NCBI GenBank assembly: GCA_965644265.1
Contig: OZ286472.1
Coordinates: 43,400,001 to 43,464,000 of the forward strand
Direction of reading: 5' to 3'
Source of the DNA: Glycera tridactyla
Taxonomy: Eukaryota
Length of the DNA: 64,000 bases
Shown here in pieces: positions 41,983 to 52,499 of the stretch. The notes beneath the pieces are model-generated. The model saw nothing but the letters and a program-made list of their open reading frames with translations. It was not told the origin of the DNA and searched no databases. The position numbers were made by a program, and so were the translations under genes. Every line of letters begins with the position of its first letter. Position 1 is the stretch's first letter.

Positions 41983-42033
41983 AACTGAAGTCAAACGTAG
42001 GGGGCATTTTTTTGCACACAGAACCCCCCTCAG
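41935..42033 (-). repeat. Right TIR
   Basis: aaaagtctaccttcacttttttgtcatcccaactggtctagttcataaaactgaagtcaaacgtagggggcatttttttgcacacagaacccccctcag. Confidence 0.95.
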
Positions 42034-42516
42034 CCCCAGGACCAAAAGTAGTAGCGCTGAGTGAGCACACATCCGTAGAACCCTATGCTCCAGTGATACC
42101 AGGACTACACCAACATGATAATATAATCCGTCAACTGTTCTACCAATAATACGTGCGCCACACATTTTAGCAGAAACTTGTGTGACTTGCAAATGCAACA
42201 TGGTGAGATTAGAGTACCCAATACTTTGTGTTCACTGCCATGACACATGCGTGCTGCAGAATATTGCTACAGATATAGCGTGTTTAGATGTTCCAAAAAT
42301 ACCATGCCATTAGGGACCCCATGTGATCACATATGTCTAATGGACTGTGATGTTTCTATTAGGCAAATATACGACTCCCACACATCTCATATTACACAAA
42401 CTTCGTCAGTAAATCGAGCGACAGCCAGTAAAATTATCCTCAATTAGAAAGCATATCCGGGATTCACCTTGGTGAAATGAGACATTCGCTCACCGACATG
42501 CATGCATATATACATA

Positions 42517-42619
42517 CAGTCAAACCTGCTCTAAAGACCACCTCTCTATATAGATCACCTGCCTATAATGACCGCTTTTTGGTGCGACCGAGGGCGGTCT
42601 CTATAGACAGGTTCGACTG
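42517..42619. mobile_element. 103-bp Tc1/mariner-type (pogo/Tigger-like) MITE
   Basis: TA|cagtcaaacctg...caggttcgactg|TA: inverted ends and TA target duplication (42515-42516, 42620-42621). Confidence 0.8.
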
Positions 42620-42659
42620 TACACATTCAGTTTCCCAATCAATCTCACTCTCAAATTCT

Positions 42660-43420
42660 GGTCCTCACACACACGCACACAAACACCTCCCCCCACACAC
42701 ACATCCAACCGCTCCCACGTCCGGATTCGAACATTATACCACAGATAGGACTATGAGCGTGAGATACGGGGCCGTGGTATATTGTGTGAAATATACCACG
42801 CTCACGAAATATACCACGGCTGGCGGGTTGTGACGTCATCAAACCACGCCCATCAATGGACATGTTAGCAAAAACCGCAAATGGGAACCAACCGGCGGAT
42901 CGGTTGGCAAAGCCCTGAAATAACACTTTGCGTTTCTGTGATTTCCATACTTTTACTCTGGTTATTTGCAGCCTGGTCTAATAATCGTCATTAATCAGGC
43001 CATGCTGATTGCTTTATTACCAGAGAATGCTCAGATTAATGTCGTAAACTCGGTATATCGGATGAGGCCTGGGAACCAAATTGTCTAACCGATTTGGTGC
43101 GTTGGGCATGTTCGTAGATTCATACGCCAGTCAACAGGGACTACTTTAGCAAACAACAATGGCGGCGGTCTCTGTACGAAAGAGAACTCCTCCAAAAACC
43201 TGTTTTTCTATGTTTCATCTGTGGTATGAAAGCGAGAACGTATGGTTATCGATCAAAATGGCGATATACCACTCGGTGGACTGCCGTGGTACAACACACG
43301 GCCTGCGGCCTCGTGCCGTACCACGGCAGTCCGCCTCGTGGTATATCGCCATTTTAATCGATCTCGCTATAAACCCCAACAGGTACACATGCACACACCC
43401 TACCAGACGCTCGTTCAATA
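42660..43420 (-). mobile_element. Putative tRNA-derived SINE head split by the 42733-43371 insertion
   Basis: Removing 42733-43371 and one aac copy restores ggattcgaaccccaac, i.e. minus-strand GTTGGGGTTCGAATCC, a Pol III B-box/T-arm. A degenerate D-arm-like GAGCGTCTGGTAGGG lies upstream at ~43398-43412. Confidence 0.4.
42733..43371. mobile_element. ~640-bp non-autonomous element with internal palindromes (class unresolved)
   Basis: CpG-rich; flanked by aac (42730-42732 / 43372-43374); ends attatac...gctata; contains a 115-bp palindrome (43248-43362), a short hairpin (42773-42800) and repeated GTGGTATA/TATACCAC motifs. Confidence 0.6.
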
Positions 43421-43802
43421 ATAGCATCCGATGTCCACCAATCATATTTTGACGTCATTCGAAAGTGATGGTCTCAATTCGATATCCTTCATGGAGTGTC
43501 AATACACTGGGCTCTCTGTGAGATATACCCAAGCCCGAGGGCAGCCTCGGAGCATATCCTGTAGCACGAATATGGAACTGCTCCCGGATGAGCAGAGAAT
43601 CCTCAGTAATAAATCTTTTTTGATCGCATAGATTTTGCATTTGCAAAGCTCCGTTGTCACACTCATGCAAGTATGATGTGTGCTTGAGATTCGAACTCTT
43701 CCTGTCGCATGGTGCATGCAGACTTGGACAGCCCTCCATACCTCAAATATGTGAGGTTCCCTTTGAGATGATCTTGAAAGATTTCTGATTCATCTCGCTT
43801 GC

Positions 43803-43803
43803 G

Positions 43804-43860
<57 letters not shown>
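43803..43860. repeat. (GA)n microsatellite
   Basis: Nearly perfect ga repeats. Confidence 0.97.
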
Positions 43861-43864
<4 letters not shown>

Positions 43865-45399
43865 TGGGCGAAAGACATCACGACTGGCGTATGGCAGAGC
43901 GGTTCAGCTGTTGCGTATTGTCGCTTGCACTAGTCCGGGCATTTGACTGAATCAATTACGGAAGAGAGTGACAGTCAGGAAATCGAGCACAGCAAGCAAA
44001 CATATCTACGTATACTAAATATACTAGCTGACAGCTGCCCGCATTTCATTACTTACTACCTGTCGGCCACCTGTCAGCTCCCATTCGGATTTATCCGTCT
44101 CAGCCAATATGATCATGTCTCACATCTACCTTGCGTCTTTTCTTCCTTCCATTGATATCTCAGGGCCCCACTCTATCATCATAGAACCATCACTGGGTTG
44201 TCATCAATCCACCGTCCGTCTCTTTATTTCTCCCGCTTCCCACTGTTTTCCATGTGTTCCTCCAACTCTCATTTCTACCCGATGTGTATGACACCTTGAG
44301 TTTCTGTGAATTTCATGAATGTCCCCCTTACTTTGGGGACCCATGGAGTCTTGAATGACCCCATTGCATGGGCAAAACAATGTAGCACATATAGCGCTGA
44401 CGTGCAGTTAAACCAGAACCAACCAACAAACCCTTTGTGTGCCCTACTTCTGTGCATTTCTGTGGACTTCAGACAGGTGTGTTCACCACTCTGTCATAGG
44501 AATATCGTGGCAATAATCTTTCAGATCACTCGCCTGAAAATACATGAGAAGTCCTTGGCAGTAGTTCCGGCTGCATAGACATCCAGGAAGTCCCAAAGTT
44601 TCCGCGAGTGACCCTCAAAGTAGTGCGAATTTAATTTCAAGTGGGTTTGAGGTAGTCCTGTGATGGTCCATGGCCATAATTTTAGCATCTGTCTGCCACC
44701 GTCATGTGTCTGTACTTTATCCGTATCAGGGCCAACATTAACTATGAATGTACCTACGCGAATCCCATAACAGAGTTGATGGCATGATTAACGATGACAG
44801 CACACCCTAATCAGACGCGATAAACGTCTAGTGTGACGAACTCAAATCTGATAGCAATGGCCGGACGAATGATGTCGTCCCCCCGCCCCCATTCTCCGAT
44901 CAGCAGACACGGAATCACAACTCATTCCCCTTATCATTCATAGACACAAAGGTCCCTTTCTTACTTCCATTTCTCACCAAGAGTCAGTATTGTGCCGCAG
45001 AGATAGTGCCTCGGATGATGAAGTGCGATTGCATTAAGAGAGTTGGACGCGATGATACTCCATGGTTCATGCCTCATAAATACACACTATCTCACTGTAT
45101 CCCATCACGCTAAAAGTCTGAACTATGTGAGGAATGCGGGGTAATACGGTCTGGGAATCAAAGTAGTCGATTTCATGCTGGAGGAGTAGGAAGTGGTGTG
45201 GAAACTGAATAATGTCAGCGCCACTACATCTGAATCAGCACAATCACCGATATTGCAATGGTGCTCTCCTTTTAATGCCATATATTTCATATCGGTCCGG
45301 AGTTATGTAGCAATGCAACGAACATGTCTCTGGCTAACCATTCATGGTGATAGTGAGAATGTGCCCAGATGCCTATTAGTGGGATAGGGCCCCAAGACG

Positions 45400-45963
45400 G
45401 CAAGGAAGTCAGTCAGAACATCTGCCAGTACATCTTGTCACCAGGTCTGGCTGGTGGGCACAAGGAAAATGCCGTCTGACACAAGGAAGTGGCAAAGGAT
45501 CCATTGGTCTTTGGAGTACAGCCCAGCTGAGGTGATTGGCATCGTATTGTGTTTGGTGACCTACAATATAAATACCTAGAAAGCTGTAGAAGCAGCAGCT
45601 CACCTCGAGCACTTCCACGATGACGGTCATGTATGGTGGTCTGCCGTGAATGTATTTTGCCATGGTGGTGAAATAAGGATGATAACGATGTCTTTTGTCC
45701 AGTGTCCGTGATACATGCTCGATCCATATGGATTACTCGATTATCACGAATAATCCATAGATCCATCGGGTCAAATCTTTGTGGAATAACCCAGATACAA
45801 TGATGGCTTGGAACTCACTTGGCCATTCTAGTGCGTTACCAGACAGATGGGAACTCTCGCAATCTAAGAAATGAGCTGAAATCTGACCAGAAGATATGTA
45901 CGGTGCCTGTCCATTATATACGCCAAGTACCCTGCGAACATCACTCTCGCAAACTCTGAACAC
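45400..45963 (-). mobile_element. Degraded LINE RT N-terminal fragment (Rex1/Babar-like)
   Basis: VCESDVRRVLGVYN...GQISAHFLDC (VSE.DVRRVL..LN..GI....LK.C) in ORF 45733-45963; GRPPYMTVIVEVLE (YRPVALTSVVMKVLE) and MDPLPLPC (LDPLQFAY) in ORF 45409-45663. Confidence 0.55.
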
Positions 45964-46964
45964 GAAATGATCGTCCTTGTCATTCTCGCCGATGGCGACG
46001 TCCTCGTGGTGTTGTTTTTGTCTCCGTCTCTTTCACACTCATCGTTTACCTTGTCTTTGTCGTTCTTTTCTTCGTTTTCGCCTTCGCCGTCTTTATCGTT
46101 GTCCAGGTTATACTAACTTCAGCAAAGTTGTCTCTGGTCTAATGTCCATCCTTTATCGTAGTGTCATGTAGGGAATACTCAATGAGTTTCCACCCAATAT
46201 TCCGATATACCGACTACCTTCAACACCACCGCAATCGTAAAACAATCTGAAAGATGGATCGATTAGTGTTGACGTCAAATCCAATCCTCAGATAATTCTA
46301 TGAATATCAAACAGATCCTAATCTGCACACAAATATCCTACTGACACAACACGTGATGAATCACGCTTGTTTTCCCTTGATATTCCTGTCATGCTCTTGT
46401 GAAAAATATGGGGCCATATCCTCCGTATATGGACCGCTTGGATATATTGTTGGAACTCATCTCATGGAATTCAAATTGCACCATACCCTTGAAAAAAGTT
46501 GCTCAAAACACCTTGCAATTTCATTATCGAGGAATGCCTATTGTCACCTTTCCAAATTATCTCACACAGAGAATCACATAGGGACTTTTGTTGACTTCAT
46601 TTATTCAATTTGAAAACCACCCACTTGATGATATAGCTATCTATTCGGGCTTCTCTATTCCGTGCATTCTGATATAACCTTTCTATATTGAATCATCTTG
46701 ATGAGGACATACATTGGTAGAGATGCTTGGGGTTCGATGGACCTATTGCTTGAAAGGCTTGCCTGGATGTCACGGCTCTCATCGCTCGACTAATCTGCTG
46801 TCGACCCAGGTTCTTGGCTTCTTTTTGATACACTCTTCTACAACTGACACCTTCCCCTTATTCATGATGAAGTCGTGCCCAAATAAATGAAGTTTGAGTT
46901 TGAGTTTACGTTTGAGATGTGAATGAATGGAAATGTTCGAAAGCACTGGAAGAACAACTGATGA

Positions 46965-46983
46965 TTGCTCCCTCTAGTGGCGG
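46965..46983 (-). promoter_or_regulatory. Candidate CTCF-type binding motif
   Basis: Minus strand CGCCACTAGAGGGAGCA; 13/14 match to the CCASYAGRKGGCRS consensus. Motif match only. Confidence 0.3.
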
Positions 46984-48499
46984 GCCACATCATTAGCCAC
47001 CAGTGGATACGACCCATAATGATCACATTAAGATATTGTCCATTATGCCTGTTAAGGGACTGCTAATCCAAAAACATAAACTCATAATTTATGACTCTCG
47101 TAGAAGCTCACTTGCATGGGGATCTCATGATTCAAGGGAAAGAATGAACTTGGCAGTATCTTTTGAGCCGATCTCCTGGCTTGACAAAAATGAGTACAGA
47201 ACCGAATCCAATTATGCAGTCTAACTCAGGCTGATACGACGTGACTGGCAGTACCCGCAGATCAATCAATGTTCGTGGGATTGGAGTTCGGTTAGAGTTC
47301 AGCTCCAAGTTAGCGGGCGTGTCAGCTGTCCGTTACAGTGTATCACTAATACCATTCGCAGATTTTCACTACAAAAATACATCGTAGGCTGAAGCTCAAA
47401 CTTATCTGATCCATCGTTCCCCCTTCATCCATATATTTTTCCACCGATATCTCCTTGTGTCAAAACTGTTTGCATCTACCCATATTTCACTGTGTCATGA
47501 TTAAGAATGTATCTTGATTTTGTATTCGTATTGCCTTGTTTAAATTTACATGTATCTGTCTTAACTGAAAGGGGGAAGACATAGTCTTTCGACCTTCCTC
47601 TCTGCGAGTGTAAATCGAATGTTCGAATTCAAATTCAAACAAATATGATTGAATTTATGATGATACATTCATTCATGATGAGAAACCTGGTCAACTCCTG
47701 CGTGAAATATCGTGTGTGAAAATTTTAGTAGTTTTTGGTAGTTTTAGTGGTCTGAACCTGGACGTCACTGATTTCCCTGGTATCTGCGTCTATTTTGGCG
47801 AAAAAGATTGACTTCTGAAAAAGCACAAGCCCTCCTGTCTCGTGCTTGGACGCATGTAGTGTGCTGTGGGAGAATATCCGAACAGCTTGTTTGGGGTCGC
47901 TCGTTATAGTGTTCTACCGTTCTTGTCTGCAGATCTCAATAAGACAGTCTCACCATCATTCTTGTGCTGTGTTTCGAACGCATCACTAGGAGGCCAAGAT
48001 CCCCTATAGGCTTGCCAGGATTGAGTTCCAAACTTCACCACTAATTTCGTCAGCCATTCGATCACCAGCTTAATGACTGCTGTTACCAGGAACCCAGAAC
48101 TTGTATGGGTATAGTTTAGTGGGTTGTATTGAGGTGATGACTGTGCGGCCTCTTGGAATCTGAAATATATTACAAATATCATTGTGTAGACGGGGAACAT
48201 AATTTGCATCCGTAGGAAAACAGACCAATTCACAGCAGTCCAAAAATGATCATGATAAATAGTGGTCAGAGTTGATCGGTTAGATACGTGTGAACTCTAT
48301 ACTACGAAGTACTACTGTGGTCCTCTGTCTTGAGTCGAGTTTTGAATAATCCAACCCATGCCCATTGCATGGGCGTCATGATATATCACATGCGGCGCTG
48401 ACGTGACGTAGTGGGATGGTCTTTTTGTCAACCATTTATGCCATAGTGGGACGTGTCTGATACAGCCGTAGGCACACTAAACGTGATGTAGTGGCATGT

Positions 48500-50250
48500 T
48501 ATAAAAGAGAAGACGGTCAATGGCAACCGTTACTCAGATCCATCGAGACCACTTGCTCCAGTAATACACATCAATACTAACCCCCATGCAGCACATACCA
48601 TATTCGGTTGTCCTGAAGGATGGATGTTCATATCATCGGTTCTGCGTAGTATTCCACATATCGGCAGTGTCTTCTCACTAGGACACCAAGAAGTAACTGT
48701 GTAGCTCCCCTGGTTGCGTTCATCACCATCTGAATAGCCGGCATAGTGACACTAAATGAGATGAATGGTCGTAAAAGATACAGGGCACCCAAGAGGTCAC
48801 TGATGGATAGAATTCATTTAGGCCTCTTGTTTATCATCTTCTTAGGGCTATTGTCCATTGAGAACATCACTAAGAAAATAGAACATAACATTATGATTAT
48901 GGCTGCATAGTGGACGATGTGCTATGGATATTCCAAGGATGTACAGTATATACTCCTATAATGTCTATGTGTCAATGACCAATATTGTCAGATTTATTGT
49001 CCCAGTTGTAAGTGGACTCAATCACGGGGACCATTGCGGATCTTTGAGATGATGATGCACGGGACGATCGTCAGATGGGGACGGAGTGCCGGTCATTTCA
49101 TATACACTTTAATTTATAACCCATAACGCAAACGGACATCAGTAGGGCTCAAATGAAGATGCAACCACCCCATCCCAACCAGATTCATTTGTTCATATTG
49201 TACCTTCCTCTCCACCAAATGTTGCACCACGACGGTCCCTCCAATGCTTTCCAAGGGCTGCCCCTTCAATTTCACACATCGTTTCCAGTCATAATTCTTC
49301 AACTCAAAACAAACTGACAGGTGGTATACATATGAACTATCCGACTGGCAGGAGACAGTGAGACTGCAATCTTGACGATCTGTTGAGAGTTAAAGGATTT
49401 TCGCATTTCTTTTCTTGTTTGCCCGAGTCCACACCCCCAGCATTAATGCGAAAATATATCATGTTTCATGATTCTGTTGGAAGTGATGGTCAATTCAACC
49501 AGATGATTGCTCGTGGTGTTTAGGAGGGGATGAACCACAAATAGGATTCAGGTCGTTCTTATAAGGAAACCCCTGTCGATACAGTTTTATTTTGGTGGAG
49601 AAGATGAATAAAATCACGTGGATGACAGGCTGAAAGATTCAGTTTGACCGAAAGCATGATAGCCCATCAACCTGCCATACACATTGTTCTCTTGTTCTTT
49701 CAAGACCAAGAGCAATTCATAGACCATCGAAGGCCTCGATTCGAAGAGCCAGAAGTTAGTAGCAGCCTATGACTGGCCTTCGGTGATTATGAGCCATTAG
49801 ATCATGTATCTTCCGAACACTATCGTGCAACTCATTTTTCAATTAGTTAGTCATGGTATTTGTTCTGAAGTGGATTTATTCAAGATCTACGCGGGAATTT
49901 TTCCTAGGGGTGGCATGAAGCCCCAGAGGATCGAATGATGTCTCTTTTTCCGAGTCGTGCTTGCATGGAGTCACTGATTCCACCAGAGAACTTTGATTCG
50001 TCTGATTCTAATTATCTACAAGAAGACTAGATTTTTCATCAAAACTCTGACACAAGCAGGGACATGATTTCATCGGACTAATCCCATCTAATGTCACATC
50101 ATAGTTTATATTCTCCCATTGCGTAGAAACCCCGGAGCAGCACTCTACAGCAAACATGTGTGCCATGCTTTGTTGATATGCTATCGTTTGTCCAAGTTGA
50201 TCAATAAGATCCCCATCCACTCATTATCTATATTTCGAGAAGAGAAAATC
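48500..50250 (-). mobile_element. Degraded LINE RT remnants
   Basis: TLDGISPMK (ORF 50008-50220), MPPLGKIPA*I (LP.LSKI.EKI, ~49890-49920), LRIEAFDGL (~49725-49750, SKAFD), TGVS (~49570), NIHPSGQPNMVCAAWG (~48585-48635, IRP.LEY..AW), in the expected order. Confidence 0.45.
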
Positions 50251-52499
50251 GAATAATTTCCTCTCTTCTGATTTATTCCACTCTTCTCCGGATAGCCTCC
50301 ACCACATACGATGTTAGGTCACCCTATCCATCACCATGAATACTGCAGGTGATCGGATCAGCACTGAGTACAGATTATCCCATTGCTATCTCTAAGTAGA
50401 ATGGATGATCCCTATGTGACCCACACACCTGAATATACGTATCCATCGGAGATCTGCTGTATCCCTGACGAGCTGCGGAGTATATGGGGCTCTGCGTTCC
50501 CAAGTCATCGGTGCAGTTCTATCTAAGCCTTGAAAAAGAATACAATGTGCATCTCATTCTCCCAAAATAAGTATATCACACCTGCCTGATATTAGAGGTC
50601 ATATGTCTCTCTGAATCCAAAAACTGGAATTATGTCTTGACTATTGCTTCTGGCTCGTTGCTATAGTGATGAGATAAGACACTCTGATCGATTTAGTATA
50701 TTAGGTCCTAGTACAGGACTATCACTGCACATTTTTATCGCCTTTTCATATTGAGAACTGCCGCTGTGGGAGTCAGATATCCTGGCATTGACACAACTTT
50801 CAGTCAAGTGATATATCTATCACGGAGCCTATTTTTTTCGTGAGAAAATCGCAACAAAATCGATCTTTTCCCAAATCCCGAGATCTAGGTGAATACTATG
50901 CCAGTAGCGTTTTGAAGAGCAGCATCTATCGAGTGAGTGGGTATCGAATGGGATCGTGCAACCTATAATGGTTTTGTACTGTGTTGAAACATCCTGAAAC
51001 TGGATGATTTTTGGATTTGTTGACATGACAATGGTTTCAGGACATTTTTTGATGGGCATTTCCTGCTAATTTGAAGGCCCGTGAAATTATCTAAATCATA
51101 TGCATGGAGATCTCAGCATTCCCCAGTTCAGACCTCACTTAGTCTTCACGAGTCGAAATGAATAGGATAAACACACTCGCAGGATTGCCAGCGAGTCCAT
51201 CAATGGTTGAATTGACGGATGAAGGACTGTAGAGATACTCGAGAGTAGATTGTAGATGGGAGGATACATCTGGATGTAAATATACCACTACATGTGAAGA
51301 TACATGAGAGTGCGTATCGATCAATGGTCAAATATTACTCATACCCATTTGTGAGTAGACAGAGCTTAGTAAAGAAACACGAATCAATGTTGGTGAACCC
51401 TATTTTGAATCCCCTAGGGTAAATTTTCCACTATCTGGTCTAAATCCCGTATATCTTGACTTTGCAATAAATGAGCAGTGAGTCAAATGTGATCACAACC
51501 CCTATAGTAGCACCAATATAATCTGAAATGATGGCCGTGCCTATGAAACACTCGGCCTTGATCTCACGTGGCAGCGAAAGCGTATCTTAGGTAACCAAAT
51601 CAGAAGTGCATATACGCTTATTCATCTTGCTGTATACTATTAGTGTCTCCCCAGTGAATCCAAGCCTGAATTAGTATAAGCTCACATAATCTTATACAAC
51701 GCCAGTGGCTATACCGCAGTCAAGCAATGAGATAGATTATAAGCTAGTAGCATAGAGATACCATCGGATCCCCGTCTCTTCTCTTCTTGAATTGTGAATA
51801 TTGCGTCGAAAAGATGCATTTTTTTTAGAGTTTGCTTGCGAATAATCTCATGCCATCATCACCGTTGCGGAATCGCTACCGTCTGAGCATTGACATGATC
51901 ATATCATCGACCTGAAATGATCTTGGTGGTACCTGTACCTAGTCCCATGTATGAAAACAGCTCTATCTTCAATGGAAATTATGCATATGGGCAATCGGGA
52001 AAAATAAATTCACCATTCTTCGTCATCATAGCAATGATAGCTGAACAACGTGGAGGATCATGCATTCATGCATTTACAATCTCTCACGACAGATAAGTCG
52101 TGTGTGGGCATCCTTTGACAGGGTGAGAATTGTGCTAGCAAATGGTGTAAGGATACAGTCACGTCTACTGTTAGGCCTCACTTCCGAGTACGACGACACG
52201 ACCCAGTTGCTCTGCAGATGGTTTCATGTAAAGGCTTGTCCAATGAGAGTGTGTCAATATTGAGGTGGAGCAGCTTTTTTGTGAACATTAGATTTTTGTT
52301 TAATGTGTTCGAGTGCAGGTGTTCGACTGAGTGAATTCTCCAACATGCGCCTCTTATTCTTGGAGGCACACTGGAAGATCGATATTCTGCTTACAATTGT
52401 TGCCTATCACCTTTTAAAGTAATTTCGATTAGGATATATTATAGACAGAGTGGCGTAATTTCAGTTGCTTCCGATGAGTGAAACCAGAGTATACCCTCC

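Larger units (their letters stand above)
39220..42033 (+). mobile_element. Internally deleted cut-and-paste DNA transposon, 2814 bp, probably Academ (AcademX-like)
   Basis: ~98-bp terminal inverted repeats (39220-39317 / 41935-42033) enclosing a transposase-like reading frame. Confidence is high for a TIR DNA transposon; the Academ call rests on recalled motif similarity and is weaker (~0.6). Confidence 0.85.
38850..42300 (-). mobile_element. Old CR1-like LINE RT C-terminal relic split by the 39220-42033 transposon (pieces ~39030-39219 and 42034-42300)
   Basis: Right flank on minus reads KMCGARIIGRTVDGL...VSLEHRVLRMC (KA..GIIKRTF..L..SLVRP.LEYC). Left flank continues VLPARAAFAIDPTLMDRSH (VQRRATKL.PGLKDLSY). 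Confidence 0.45.

Noticed and set aside
43883-43950. tRNA-like A-box tggcagagcgg
   Set aside because: No convincing B-box or cloverleaf; at most a decayed SINE head, not a tRNA gene.
48570-48745. Apparent 153-nt phase-0 exon with AG/GTATGT boundaries on minus
   Set aside because: Its translation continues into IHPS..VCAAWG, matching the LINE RT C-terminus colinear with the 48500-50250 relic.
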